A stretch of DNA of 64,000 nt from an uncultured Rhodospirillales bacterium (GTDB lineage: Bacteria; Pseudomonadota; Alphaproteobacteria; Rhodospirillales; UBA2165), in contig CAJXKD010000001.1 of assembly GCA_913055735.1 (NCBI GenBank), forward strand, positions 1,520,281 through 1,584,280, given 5' to 3'. Below the pieces are notes generated by a model. The model did no database searches. It was not told the DNA's origin and was given only the letters and a program-made list of their open reading frames with translations. Shown here one piece after another: positions 25,798 through 35,120 of the stretch (positions are counted from its first letter, which is position 1; every line of letters starts with the position of its first letter). The position numbers were made by a program, and so were the translations under genes.

Positions 25798-27540
25798 TTA
25801 GACGACCGACGTCGGACCGGCCGCTTTCCCCGTCGCCAGCATCTTTGCGTCGCTGTCCATTGGGAATGTCTTCCTCAGCCACTCTTCCAACGAGGCCCTT
25901 CCGCGAATGACTTCCACACCGTGGTTCTGATTGCCCGACACCTTAAGCTGCCCGGATGGATCGTAATATATCGAAGGTTTGCCGAGATTGGCAGCACTAG
26001 GAGCCGTGCTAGAGAAGGGGATCGAGATACTGGCCGCCGTTTTCTGCATCAGCCGTTGCGCGGCGATTTCGTGATCGATGTTCGTACAATGACCGGATTC
26101 AATGATTTTGTTTGCAAGGCGCAGTTGCTGTTTACTGCTAAATTTACTGATTTGCCCGGTTCTGGTTCTTTTCGCCTTTAAAGCCATATGGATGCCCAAA
26201 TTTTCCAGGGACTCGGATATATCCGTAAGAAACTGGCAAACATATTTTTCCGAGTAGATGCTTTTGCGCTCACCGTGCAATACGAAATAGCTGTCCCTCA
26301 GGACCGGTATATCGAAAACGGAAACGGTTCTTGCAGGTAGGTCCGGGAGGTCTCTGCCGTTGTCCTGCAAAGGAATATTGCCCAGGGGAATGATTTCCGG
26401 ATCACCTTGGGCGACGCTTTTTATCCAGTCTTTCTGAAACTCATCGCTTACGAGATAGCGCTTCCAGTTCAGCAGCAAATGTTCCGGATTTACCGGCGGC
26501 GGTGTTTGATCCATTGCAAACTGAATGGGTTGGTTGTTGATCGAATAATAAACGATGGCGGTCTTTACGCCGCGTGCTTCGGTTTCCGCCACCCAAAGGG
26601 GGCGTCCGCCGACGCCGGTGTGCGTGGAAATATACCAGTTGGGGAGCCGGTCGTCCGATAGGCGACGCAGATATCTGATTTCCAGCGCATCCTGAATAAG
26701 CGCTGGGGCATAAACCCTTCCTTGAATCCAGCGCAATGCCGAAATCGCGATCACCTTGAAACAATCCACCCCAAATCCCAATACATTCAAGGTGCCGGTC
26801 AGCGGAGGAAAAGCCAAAGGACTGAAAACCACCTCCGCGCTTGCTCGGTGAAATGTGCTGTTCGGCTGACCGACCAGCACCCAGCCCTTCGGTCCATTTT
26901 TGCCCAAATGTTCGACGATGTAGTTCGGTAGCTGGTACGACGGATGATCGTGCGCGTCGGCCGAAAAATTCTGTGTGGGAAAACGCTCGGCGATCCAGTA
27001 CGGCGGCCGCAGATCGAAACGCCGGTTTTTCCATGCATGTTCGAAGTATTGCTTGGCCACACGGAAACCGTAAGCGATGAAACGAAGTTGACGCATTTTC
27101 CATGCAATGTTGCTTTTGGGCATATCGACCTTAATGCCCTGCGCCGCGAACTTCTCGCGCCAGACGTCGGGGGCGGCAAGCGAGATCGCCCTGCCACCGC
27201 TGATCGCCAACGGAAGCTTCCAGAATATCGCACTCCCCAGAGCATATTTGAGCACGGCGGTGCAGGCCCGCGCGTCGATCTCGGCAGTGGTGCAGTGAGA
27301 GCCGTAAAGAATCTCGTCCGTTTTTGCGACAAGTGGCACTTTGCTAACTTCGGTCAGTATCCGCAGGCCCTTCCACGGATCACCGTCAGGGCGCTGCGTT
27401 TGCCGTAGCGCCTGCAAACGCAGCCGTAACTCGCGTCTCGCAATTCGGCCGGCAAAGTCGCGACAGATTGGAATTTTTCCTATGAGACTCCGCAATTTCT
27501 CCGGCACCGGATCAGTCGATCTCTTCCAATAGGCCGTCAT
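25798..27540 (-). CDS. Large conserved-hypothetical, possible transferase (C-terminal IPFSSTA block reminiscent of 'PFTS-motif' polysaccharide biosynthesis proteins)
   Basis: 580 aa from the ATG at 27540. The longer track ORF would overlap the upstream gene by 179 nt. The function call rests only on a weak motif recollection and context. Confidence 0.3.
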   Translation of the reverse strand: MTAYWKRSTDPVPEKLRSLIGKIPICRDFAGRIARRELRLRLQALRQTQRPDGDPWKGLRILTEVSKVPLVAKTDEILYGSHCTTAEIDARACTAVLKYALGSAIFWKLPLAISGGRAISLAAPDVWREKFAAQGIKVDMPKSNIAWKMRQLRFIAYGFRVAKQYFEHAWKNRRFDLRPPYWIAERFPTQNFSADAHDHPSYQLPNYIVEHLGKNGPKGWVLVGQPNSTFHRASAEVVFSPLAFPPLTGTLNVLGFGVDCFKVIAISALRWIQGRVYAPALIQDALEIRYLRRLSDDRLPNWYISTHTGVGGRPLWVAETEARGVKTAIVYYSINNQPIQFAMDQTPPPVNPEHLLLNWKRYLVSDEFQKDWIKSVAQGDPEIIPLGNIPLQDNGRDLPDLPARTVSVFDIPVLRDSYFVLHGERKSIYSEKYVCQFLTDISESLENLGIHMALKAKRTRTGQISKFSSKQQLRLANKIIESGHCTNIDHEIAAQRLMQKTAASISIPFSSTAPSAANLGKPSIYYDPSGQLKVSGNQNHGVEVIRGRASLEEWLRKTFPMDSDAKMLATGKAAGPTSVV

Positions 27541-28858
27541 CGACAAGAATTTCACACAATCGCAAGATTTCTTGCACCGGTTGGCCGGTGCGTTCGGCGA
27601 GGAGGGCCGCGTCCGTGTCGCCGTCGGCCAAGGCCAAGATATCCATGATGAGTTTCGTGTCGCTTGCGAGCGGCTTACGTTGACCGCCAAGTGAATCCCT
27701 AAGGTTGCGTTTACTTAGATGCGGTTCGCCAACAAGTCGCGCCTTCCAAAGGCGCATGGCCTCAAGTGTTTCGAAAACCTTCCGATACAAATAGAACGAT
27801 TTGGCGAACCCCTCGGGCGAAATGACGGACATATCATCCAGGGATGTATGGTATTCTGGATACCGCCCATAAGCGGTCCGCATGATGGAAGCGACGGGAA
27901 GGTCCGCACCGGGGCTGCAATATTGGCGCTCGTCGCTCGCTCTGTCCTTAAGGAAATCGTAGGCAACGAAGTCCGGAGCAATCTTCTCGAGCACCCTGCG
28001 CGCAGCCCGGTCCGCTCTCGTGTTCCCTGTCCGCGACGGCATAAACGAAACGTTCCGGTCGTCGCCGACACAGGTCAATACGAACCCTGCCACCATTTTG
28101 GATTTCATATGGTTGAGATTACGCGAGAGATAGACGATCGGCCCGATTGTTTCCGGCACGAAAACAATCCGGTATGTGTATCTGTTTTCTCTATTGGAAA
28201 GCATGCACGCCAGAAATGTCGCCAGAGTCGGCCCCGACACCTCATTGTTCGCGAGCGAAGGATGACAGGTGTAGGTGGAAATCAGGATCTCTTTGTCGCT
28301 GTGGCCGGGAATGATGAGATCGGCATAGCTAAGGCTGCCCGGTTTTAAATCGCTGTCTACAACGACCTTGTATTTGGCTTCCGAAAGCTCGAGCCGCTGA
28401 TTGTGCGATATGCAAAACCCCCAACGTCGCCGGTAGTAGGACGTTGCGTAGGGTATCGCATCGGGAAGGTCAGGGAGGGAATGCAGATGCTTGTCCAACT
28501 CCTCGCGCGTCAGGACGCCTTCGAATGGTTCGCTGTATCCCATGAGATGGAGATTGTTGTCCGTAAAGCTGACAACCCGCTCTCCGGACATGGTTGCGAT
28601 ATAGGCATCTTTGACATTCCATTCATCGGGTACGGTCCAGTCGAAGCACTCGGTTCCGGACGGCACTTCATGAATATTCAGCGCCGGCAATTTTTCCTTA
28701 ATCATGGCCAGCGTCTGCCGCACGCCGTCGCCGGTAATGCTGCGGTTAAACGGAAATATCCGTTGAGCGAAGACATACATCTCTTGTCCGAGATGTTGTA
28801 TCTCGGGACCGAAGTCTTCGTTCGGCTTCCAGCGCGATTGATGAGGTTGGGTTTGCAT
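27512..28858 (-). CDS. Aminopeptidase-like DUF4910/DUF2172 protein with C-terminal winged-helix tail
   Basis: 448 aa. Motifs FPFNRSITGDGVRQTL, HEVPSGTECFDWTVPDEWN, IPYATSYYRRRWGFC and CHPSLANNEVSGP match my memory of this family, which recurs in polysaccharide loci. Confidence 0.7.
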   Translation of the reverse strand: MQTQPHQSRWKPNEDFGPEIQHLGQEMYVFAQRIFPFNRSITGDGVRQTLAMIKEKLPALNIHEVPSGTECFDWTVPDEWNVKDAYIATMSGERVVSFTDNNLHLMGYSEPFEGVLTREELDKHLHSLPDLPDAIPYATSYYRRRWGFCISHNQRLELSEAKYKVVVDSDLKPGSLSYADLIIPGHSDKEILISTYTCHPSLANNEVSGPTLATFLACMLSNRENRYTYRIVFVPETIGPIVYLSRNLNHMKSKMVAGFVLTCVGDDRNVSFMPSRTGNTRADRAARRVLEKIAPDFVAYDFLKDRASDERQYCSPGADLPVASIMRTAYGRYPEYHTSLDDMSVISPEGFAKSFYLYRKVFETLEAMRLWKARLVGEPHLSKRNLRDSLGGQRKPLASDTKLIMDILALADGDTDAALLAERTGQPVQEILRLCEILVDDGLLEEID

Positions 28859-28886
28859 TACGGTGGGAAGTGGTCGGACCCGGCTC

Positions 28887-29135
28887 TTAGGATAGCTTGT
28901 CCAGCAACAGGTCGGCGATCAGCCCGGCACTCAGCATTTCGATTTGTTCCTCGGGCGTCAGCACGATGGAGAATTCTTCCTCAATAGCCATGACAACGTT
29001 CAGGTGGCGGATACTGTCCCAAGAGTCTGTTGTATCCGGTGACGTTTCGCGCGTGATCGCTTCGGTTGGGATGTCCAGCACATCCGACAATATCGCGGCC
29101 ACCTGATCGAATACCTCTTTTTCGGTCGGTTTCAT
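28887..29135 (-). CDS. Acyl carrier protein
   Basis: 82 aa, acidic, with a four-helix-type length. DSWDSIRHL is a phosphopantetheine-attachment-type serine motif. ATGA overlap with the FkbH-like gene. Confidence 0.75.
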   Translation of the reverse strand: MKPTEKEVFDQVAAILSDVLDIPTEAITRETSPDTTDSWDSIRHLNVVMAIEEEFSIVLTPEEQIEMLSAGLIADLLLDKLS

Positions 29136-31003
29136 TTTCTTCCTATCTTGTGAACCTGCATGAAACGTGGGTACGCTTCCAGATTGGCGGCGTCTAAGTC
29201 GGCCTCGAAAATTTCATCGTAATCCGTGCGCCTAAATCCGGCATCGAGGTAGAAATTCTTCACCACTTCATTCTTTTTTGTCGGCAAGTAGACACCGCGA
29301 AGCCGACTCGCACCGCACTCCAGGGCCGACTTCTTAAGATAGGTCAGAATACCGGATTCGATCTTCCGGCCGAGGACCCGGCAACTCATCAGAAAGGTGT
29401 CGATCTCGTATGATGAAAAATCGATTTTCTTGAGGATCTGGACACCGATTAGACCGTAGTCGCCGAACTTGTCACGAGCTTTGGCAACGCTCAGTTCGAT
29501 ATTGTCCGATTCCAGGAACTCGAGGATATCCGCCATCGTGTAGCGACGCGTTGTCAGGTTGAACTGATTTGTCTTATTGATCAGTTGCACGACACGTTCG
29601 TATTCACCTGGTGTCGGAGCCCCAATGTGAAGTTCGAGATCAAGCGAACTTAGAAACTCATCCTCACTGGTCGCCGATCCGAGCAACTTCTTCCGGCCTT
29701 GTTCGGCATCGTAGGATTTGACCCGAATAGCGTCCTCGTGGGTAAGGCGTAATGCCAGCAAATGACTTTCAGACAACAGGCGTTCGCAATATCTGGAAGG
29801 TTCTGTCCCAAGGTGTACCACGGTCACTTCAGGCAGTGCGGTTCTGACTTCCTCGCACTCGACGGGATTGTCATCGGCGAAAACAAGTGACTCGAGGCCG
29901 ACACCGATTTCGTCGGCGATCTCAATAAGGTTCTGGGATTTTCGCGACCAGTTGACCTTTTTGATAGTGAAATCGTCCCATTTGAGAGGCATGTCCGTAT
30001 GGGTCTGGAAGGCCTCCAATACATCGTCGAGATTGTTCTTGCTAGCGATGGCGAGAACGATCCCGGTCTCGCGGACGGCTTTAATCAACTTCTGAAAATT
30101 TCGGTAGGCATTGCCTGGGTGATCACCGGATACTTTTAGTGCCAATGGCCCGTCTTCACCGACAATGCCGCCCCACAGTGTATTGTCGAGGTCAACCACA
30201 AGCACCTTTGCGCGCGGCCGTATCATGGCGTGGTAAAGTCGGCCGAGGTCATGCGCCAATACGTTCACCGCTTGCGCCGAAATAGGCGAAAGAGTGTGGT
30301 CCGCATTTACAGGATCAAACCATTGATCCCGTCCGGTGTCGGCAACGGTGTTCGCGTAGTCGTATACGTAAGTGTTCTCGAATTCTCCGCTCATTTCCGT
30401 GATAAGCGCGTTGAGCCTGTTTACCGCGGAAATCCGACTTTCCCTCTGATTGGCATCCATAAAATGCCCTAGCCCCCTATTCATCGGGATCATCGAATTG
30501 AGAACCAAGGGGAGCCGGCTCGCGCGCCGGAATGCCTCAATTCCGTTTCGCAGCCGGGCCGCGAAGTCGTCTACCTGTTGGGCGATTTCCGTTGCCGCCG
30601 CGAGATCTTGCGTGACCAGCGGTAGTTCTTGTTCGAGATGCAGGAGGAGCTGCACCAGCTGCGTTTCGGCCCGGAGACTTGCGTCGGGCTTGTGCAATAC
30701 CGCTTCCCATTGTTGGTAGGGAACAAATTCGGCTTTGAGGCGCATTCCCCGGAGCGCCATACAAATACCGAGGGGCGCCTCAAGCGGGTTCAGCGTAAAG
30801 CTCGATAGGAACGCGACATGAAAATCCTGTCGCGTCTCCGTGCCCTGATATTTCCCGATCTGGTTCCAAAGCCAATCGATATCGCGCCGGGGTGGTTTAT
30901 CGATGGAGCTGGATGGGATGATTGTGGCAAGGGCGCCAAAATTGCCACTTTCAAGCACCTTTGCCGTCGCTGAACGGTCAATGCGCATGGCAGACGACGT
31001 CAT
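29132..31003 (-). CDS. FkbH-like HAD-IIIC phosphatase/acyl-loading enzyme
   Basis: 623 aa. HAD motif I VLVVDLDNTLWGG and the C-terminal FLMSCRVLGRKIE...GVYLPTKKNEVVKNFY block characteristic of FkbH-domain proteins. Confidence 0.8.
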   Translation of the reverse strand: MTSSAMRIDRSATAKVLESGNFGALATIIPSSSIDKPPRRDIDWLWNQIGKYQGTETRQDFHVAFLSSFTLNPLEAPLGICMALRGMRLKAEFVPYQQWEAVLHKPDASLRAETQLVQLLLHLEQELPLVTQDLAAATEIAQQVDDFAARLRNGIEAFRRASRLPLVLNSMIPMNRGLGHFMDANQRESRISAVNRLNALITEMSGEFENTYVYDYANTVADTGRDQWFDPVNADHTLSPISAQAVNVLAHDLGRLYHAMIRPRAKVLVVDLDNTLWGGIVGEDGPLALKVSGDHPGNAYRNFQKLIKAVRETGIVLAIASKNNLDDVLEAFQTHTDMPLKWDDFTIKKVNWSRKSQNLIEIADEIGVGLESLVFADDNPVECEEVRTALPEVTVVHLGTEPSRYCERLLSESHLLALRLTHEDAIRVKSYDAEQGRKKLLGSATSEDEFLSSLDLELHIGAPTPGEYERVVQLINKTNQFNLTTRRYTMADILEFLESDNIELSVAKARDKFGDYGLIGVQILKKIDFSSYEIDTFLMSCRVLGRKIESGILTYLKKSALECGASRLRGVYLPTKKNEVVKNFYLDAGFRRTDYDEIFEADLDAANLEAYPRFMQVHKIGRK

Positions 31004-32181
31004 CGGATGAGTTCGCCTCCCGATATTACAAGCGTTTCGCCGTTGACGTAGTCGGCATCGAGCGACGCCAGGAACGAAACAGCGCCTGCGATATCCTCGG
31101 GTTTTCCCAACCTCCGGCTAGGGTTCTTCGCAGCCGCCACCTTGACTTGACGCTCAGGCACCTTGGCCAGCATCGCCGTTTCAGTCATCGACGGCGCGAT
31201 CAAGTTCGCTCGGATTCCAAATCGTGCGTACTCGATCGCCACACATTTCATCAATGCATTTAACGCACTTTTCGCAACAATGTAGGGCGCCATTTTCTCC
31301 GGGGGATTCGCCAACGTGTAACTTGAGGAAATGGCGATTAGCCGACCGAATCCCAAAGATTTCATATGCGGAAGGAAACGGTTGAGGACGGCATGCGTGC
31401 CGCGAAGCGAAATGGCCAATTGGCGGTCATATTGGCTGTAATCGGTTTCCAATGCATCAACGTAGGTAATCGGTGCGCTCGCGCAGAAGACGATTGTGTC
31501 GGGGGGGCGGCCGAACTTGCCGACGATGGCGTCGAATGTCTTCGCGGCACATTCATCGTCGGCGATATCCGCTTGGATGCCTAGAAGCGCCTCGTTATTC
31601 AAACCGACCAACGCCTCTGCGTCGTCGCGTGATTGTCTGTAGGTGAAAGCAACGCCGAAACCGTCATCGACCAGGCGTTTGGCGGTACTTGCGCCTATTC
31701 CGCGCGAGCCTCCGATAACGAGGGCGGTCCGGTCATTCGGCGGTGTGTTGTCTTCGGTTTCGTCGGCGTCAGCGACGTCCAGAACCTGGACACGGGCGTT
31801 GCCTTCGAGAACGGTCTCGCCGTTTTGGTTTGTCGCGGAAACAAAAAGGTCCATTGTGTTCGTCGACTGAGAAAGTTGCGCCACCGTGGCAACGATTTCG
31901 ATCTCATCGCCGAGAAAAACCGGAAGCCGGAATTCGAAGTTCTGTGAAAGCCAGAGCGCGCCGGGTCCGGGGAGTTCCATGCCGATTATGCGGGAAACAA
32001 TGGCCGCATAGGATGAGCCGTGCGCAACGACCCGGCGAAACTTGGTGCGTTTGGCGAACTCGGGATCCATATGCAGCGGGTTGCGATCGCCGCTTAGTTC
32101 CGCGAAGGATTCTATGAACTTCTGGTCGAGTCTTATTCTCGATCGAGCTTGTTGTCCGATATGAAACTTGGTGACAGACAT
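31000..32181 (-). CDS. Fusion protein: MaoC-type (R)-hydratase hot-dog domain + FabG-like SDR reductase
   Basis: 393 aa from the ATG at 32181, one nt after the GNAT stop. Hydratase-2 motif ELSGDRNPLHMDPEFA, followed by ALVIGGSRGIGAS and YIVAK. Confidence 0.75.
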   Translation of the reverse strand: MSVTKFHIGQQARSRIRLDQKFIESFAELSGDRNPLHMDPEFAKRTKFRRVVAHGSSYAAIVSRIIGMELPGPGALWLSQNFEFRLPVFLGDEIEIVATVAQLSQSTNTMDLFVSATNQNGETVLEGNARVQVLDVADADETEDNTPPNDRTALVIGGSRGIGASTAKRLVDDGFGVAFTYRQSRDDAEALVGLNNEALLGIQADIADDECAAKTFDAIVGKFGRPPDTIVFCASAPITYVDALETDYSQYDRQLAISLRGTHAVLNRFLPHMKSLGFGRLIAISSSYTLANPPEKMAPYIVAKSALNALMKCVAIEYARFGIRANLIAPSMTETAMLAKVPERQVKVAAAKNPSRRLGKPEDIAGAVSFLASLDADYVNGETLVISGGELIR

Positions 32182-32182
32182 G

Positions 32183-32755
32183 CTACTCACTTTCGAAAAA
32201 ACGCGTGCGGCGATGATCCCATTCATCGGCAAGAAGGCCGTATTCGATTGCGTCGACGGCCTCTCCGTTTCCATCGACAGCGGCCTGGCGCCTTACTCCT
32301 TCTCGAGTAAACCCCAGCCGGTGAAAATTAAACAGGGAAGGAACATTGGTCGATAACGCATCCGCCCAAATTCGCCGAAGCCCCAAGGTTCTGAATCCAA
32401 AATCAAAAAGAGCTGCTTGGGCCTCGATGGCGTAGGGACCGCCCCAATGGCTACGCGATCCAATGAGATAGCCGTAACTGGCAACATCGTCGAATGGATC
32501 TTTGTTCAAGGAAATTGTGCCGATCTTTTTTTCCGCATCCACGACGATGCAGAAAAAATAGCTGTTGGGGGCGTCGATCTTGCCGCGCGCGGACACCTTG
32601 ATGCGTTCCACGTCCTGGGCGATGTGTCTGACATATAGATGTTTGATGACTTCCTCATCTGCGAACCAAGACAGATAAGATTCGTCGATGTCACTTTCGA
32701 TGAAAGGTCGAAGTGTCACGTTGGGCATGGGGAGCGTCGGAATTTGCCGAGTCAT
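32183..32755 (-). CDS. pseH: GNAT N-acyltransferase, RimL/PseH-like
   Basis: 190 aa. Acetyltransf_3-type layout (VTLRPFIESD...GYLIGSRSHWGGPYA...FHRLGFTREG). It sits between pseF and the ACP module. The symbol is tentative. Confidence 0.4.
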   Translation of the reverse strand: MTRQIPTLPMPNVTLRPFIESDIDESYLSWFADEEVIKHLYVRHIAQDVERIKVSARGKIDAPNSYFFCIVVDAEKKIGTISLNKDPFDDVASYGYLIGSRSHWGGPYAIEAQAALFDFGFRTLGLRRIWADALSTNVPSLFNFHRLGFTREGVRRQAAVDGNGEAVDAIEYGLLADEWDHRRTRFFESE

Positions 32756-33474
32756 TTTCGCGAGGTTTCGGGTTCCGATTGTGTTTTCGCTCTGAAAAGA
32801 GCTTCGGCAACCGCCCAGTCCTCCATTGTATCAATATCTAAACCATGGGCACGGGAAAGCGGATAGCCAAGGAAACCCTTGTCCGCGCCAGCACCCTCCG
32901 AACTTAAGACCGTTCCCGGCGAAAATACGGCAAACGTTCCGCTGTCGTGGTACTTGGGCGCGAGGTCGTTTGATCGGACGGCAAACATTCCGGGCTGACA
33001 GGGGTGAAGTATCCCATCCGGCGACATCTCGAACGCCCACTCGATTGGCACGGCGTAATCGCAGACCGCGAGCATCGAATGCCGGCCCTCGTGTTTTGCA
33101 AAGAGACGTGCCGCTCCTTCAAGATCGGCGACGTCGATCAAAGGAGCACACGCCATCAGCAACCAGATCTCGTCGAACGAGTGGCCGTTTTCCGAGAATT
33201 TTTCGCAGACAAACTTCAAAACCGGCATGATCGGTACGTCGTCCCCCGCTAGATTATCGGGACGGAGGAACTCCGGCTCGAACCCGAGCGTGGTCACGAT
33301 GTCGGCGACCTCTTGGTCTTCGGTCGATACATGCACGGTTTCAAACAAATTACTTTTATCGACGGTGTCCAGTATATGCCCGATCATCGGTTTGCCACAG
33401 AAATCGCGAATATTCTTGCGCGGTATTCTCTTGCTTCCGCCGCGGGCGGGCACGATCGCAAGGCGCCGGGTCAT
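32752..33474 (-). CDS. pseF: Pseudaminic acid cytidylyltransferase-type CMP-sugar synthetase
   Basis: MTRRLAIVPARGGSKRIPRKNIRDFCGKPMIGH from the ATG at 33474, which gives an ATGA overlap with the WbqC-like stop. The track ORF starts at a GTG at 33483. Confidence 0.7.
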   Translation of the reverse strand: MTRRLAIVPARGGSKRIPRKNIRDFCGKPMIGHILDTVDKSNLFETVHVSTEDQEVADIVTTLGFEPEFLRPDNLAGDDVPIMPVLKFVCEKFSENGHSFDEIWLLMACAPLIDVADLEGAARLFAKHEGRHSMLAVCDYAVPIEWAFEMSPDGILHPCQPGMFAVRSNDLAPKYHDSGTFAVFSPGTVLSSEGAGADKGFLGYPLSRAHGLDIDTMEDWAVAEALFRAKTQSEPETSRK

Positions 33475-34169
33475 TGGGCGCACCCCGATCGAATGATGTT
33501 TTGACTTGCGGGACCGGCGTTGAACAGCAAGTCGATAGCGGACAGATAGGGAATGAAGTCTCCATATAACTGTTCGTAGACGGGATGGTCATATTGAAAA
33601 TAGCGCAAGTCGATGCTTTGGCGTTCGAGGGCGTTGGATTCGTCCAAATAGACCTTCGAACCCGGCGGTGAAATATACGTGTCACCGCCGACGCGCGTAC
33701 AGATCGAAGCCAGGAGCTCGGCCTTGGCTCCGGTATGTTCAATATCGCTCGCCAACAGTATTGGGGTTTTTAATTCAAACATCGACGAGAGCAAGCGGAT
33801 GAGGTCGATCGTTAGAGCGGCGAGCTGGGCGTATCCCCTGCCCAATATCTCAAGCAGGCTGGGTCCGTACTCCGCAAAGTAGGCTGCGTTGGAGTAGTTG
33901 TGAGTTAATGACTTGATATGATTGGCCGGAAAATCACGCGTGGCATCAACCTGGACGTCACAAATTCGTTGATCACGTTTGCCTTTTGAAATGACGGGAA
34001 CGGTCAGCCAACTGGGCCCGTTGGCCGTCTTAATCCGATTGCGTTGTTGCCATGATCGCCGTGTGAATTGCACGGTATCCAGAAGTACGAACACATCGAC
34101 GGTGTCAATCAGCGCGAAATAGCCACACCAAGGCAAATAGGTCGGTTGCATTATGGCGACCTTGGTCAT
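33471..34169 (-). CDS. WbqC-family protein
   Basis: 232 aa. The N-terminal IMQPTYLPWCGYFALIDTVDVFVLLDTVQF is characteristic of WbqC-like proteins. Confidence 0.75.
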   Translation of the reverse strand: MTKVAIMQPTYLPWCGYFALIDTVDVFVLLDTVQFTRRSWQQRNRIKTANGPSWLTVPVISKGKRDQRICDVQVDATRDFPANHIKSLTHNYSNAAYFAEYGPSLLEILGRGYAQLAALTIDLIRLLSSMFELKTPILLASDIEHTGAKAELLASICTRVGGDTYISPPGSKVYLDESNALERQSIDLRYFQYDHPVYEQLYGDFIPYLSAIDLLFNAGPASQNIIRSGCAQ

Positions 34170-35074
34170 TCTTCTATCGCCAGTCCAATGCCGTCGGCGC
34201 CAAAGTTGTTCCCGTTATAGAACATGAAATGTTGGCCGTTGTGTTGAACAACAGCCGCGTACTCGATCATTTCGCTGTCAAAACCGGAATTGGAGATATC
34301 GATTCCCGAGGCGTCGTCCATTCGTTCCCATGACACGCCATCTTCCGACTCGGCGTATCCGATCCGATACGTTTTACCCCGGAACGAGTACCACATCCGG
34401 TAAAGGCCATCTTCTTTCAGAACCCATGGACGCGAAATGGCGTACTCGTCGTTAGACAGAAAATCGATCGAAACCCGGCCTTCGCGTATCCACTGTTCGC
34501 CATCGGATGAGTGGGCAAACTTGATATGATATTTTGGGAGCGTTTCGCCGCTGGTTTCACGCCACGCCGTGTTTGTCGTGTACCACATTTTGTAGTCGCT
34601 GGAATCCTTGAGAACGTAAGAGGCGGCCATGAAATAAGGATCGATGTCGCTCCGTGAAAAGTAGGGGGCCGGCGAGGTTTTTTGGAAAGTCTTACCGTTG
34701 TCTCGGCTCGTTGCGGTTCCGATCATGGCGTAAAAGGGGACGCGTTTTCCCTGCATCCAGCCAATATAGAAGAGCCGCTTGCAGCCTCCGTCCGTGACGA
34801 TACAGGACGGAATTACGGCGCTGTCGTCGAAGAGGCCGAGGTCTCCCAGTTGGACGATAGGTTCTACACTAAAATCAAGGATCTCGTTTGGTTTCTCGAC
34901 GTTGATCGTAAATGCGCCCACCTGGCTTAGGTTGTTACTGTTACGGCCGGCAAAATAGACTCGAAAATACCCATCTCCCAGGTCATCCGGCGTCGGAACC
35001 CAAGCATGACTTTTCAGCCAGTCCGCGCGTCCGGCAGGCTCGAAAATAAGGCCAAGTTTTTTCCAGTGAAACAA
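34166..35074 (-). CDS. Beta-propeller, glycoside-hydrolase-like (GH32/43/68-clan-like) protein of unknown role
   Basis: 302 aa with an apparent TTG start. Repeated aromatic-rich strands (YFRVYFAG, KMWYTTNTAW, YRMWYSFRG, HFMFYNGNN). The family assignment is tentative. Confidence 0.4.
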   Translation of the reverse strand: MFHWKKLGLIFEPAGRADWLKSHAWVPTPDDLGDGYFRVYFAGRNSNNLSQVGAFTINVEKPNEILDFSVEPIVQLGDLGLFDDSAVIPSCIVTDGGCKRLFYIGWMQGKRVPFYAMIGTATSRDNGKTFQKTSPAPYFSRSDIDPYFMAASYVLKDSSDYKMWYTTNTAWRETSGETLPKYHIKFAHSSDGEQWIREGRVSIDFLSNDEYAISRPWVLKEDGLYRMWYSFRGKTYRIGYAESEDGVSWERMDDASGIDISNSGFDSEMIEYAAVVQHNGQHFMFYNGNNFGADGIGLAIEE

Positions 35075-35120
35075 CGATTAGAGCGTTCTAGAAGGCCGCG
35101 TCAGTGACCGATCGATCGAA

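Noticed and set aside
25798-27690. N-terminal extensions of track ORFs (also 31000-32274, 40077-41333, 52803-54176, 63496-63969, 13117-13857)
   Set aside because: The extended versions overlap the 3' ends of upstream genes by 60-180 nt or begin at TTG/GTG. Internal ATG codons give tight abutting or ATGA-coupled junctions and family-typical N-termini, so the shorter coordinates were reported.
31501-31507. G7 run inside the MaoC-SDR gene and T7/A7 runs inside other coding regions (for example 32526-32532, about 61117-61123)
   Set aside because: Seven-nt homopolymers are expected by chance at this sequence length, and they encode ordinary Pro-Pro or Lys-Lys dipeptides. There is no evidence of frameshifted reading frames around them.
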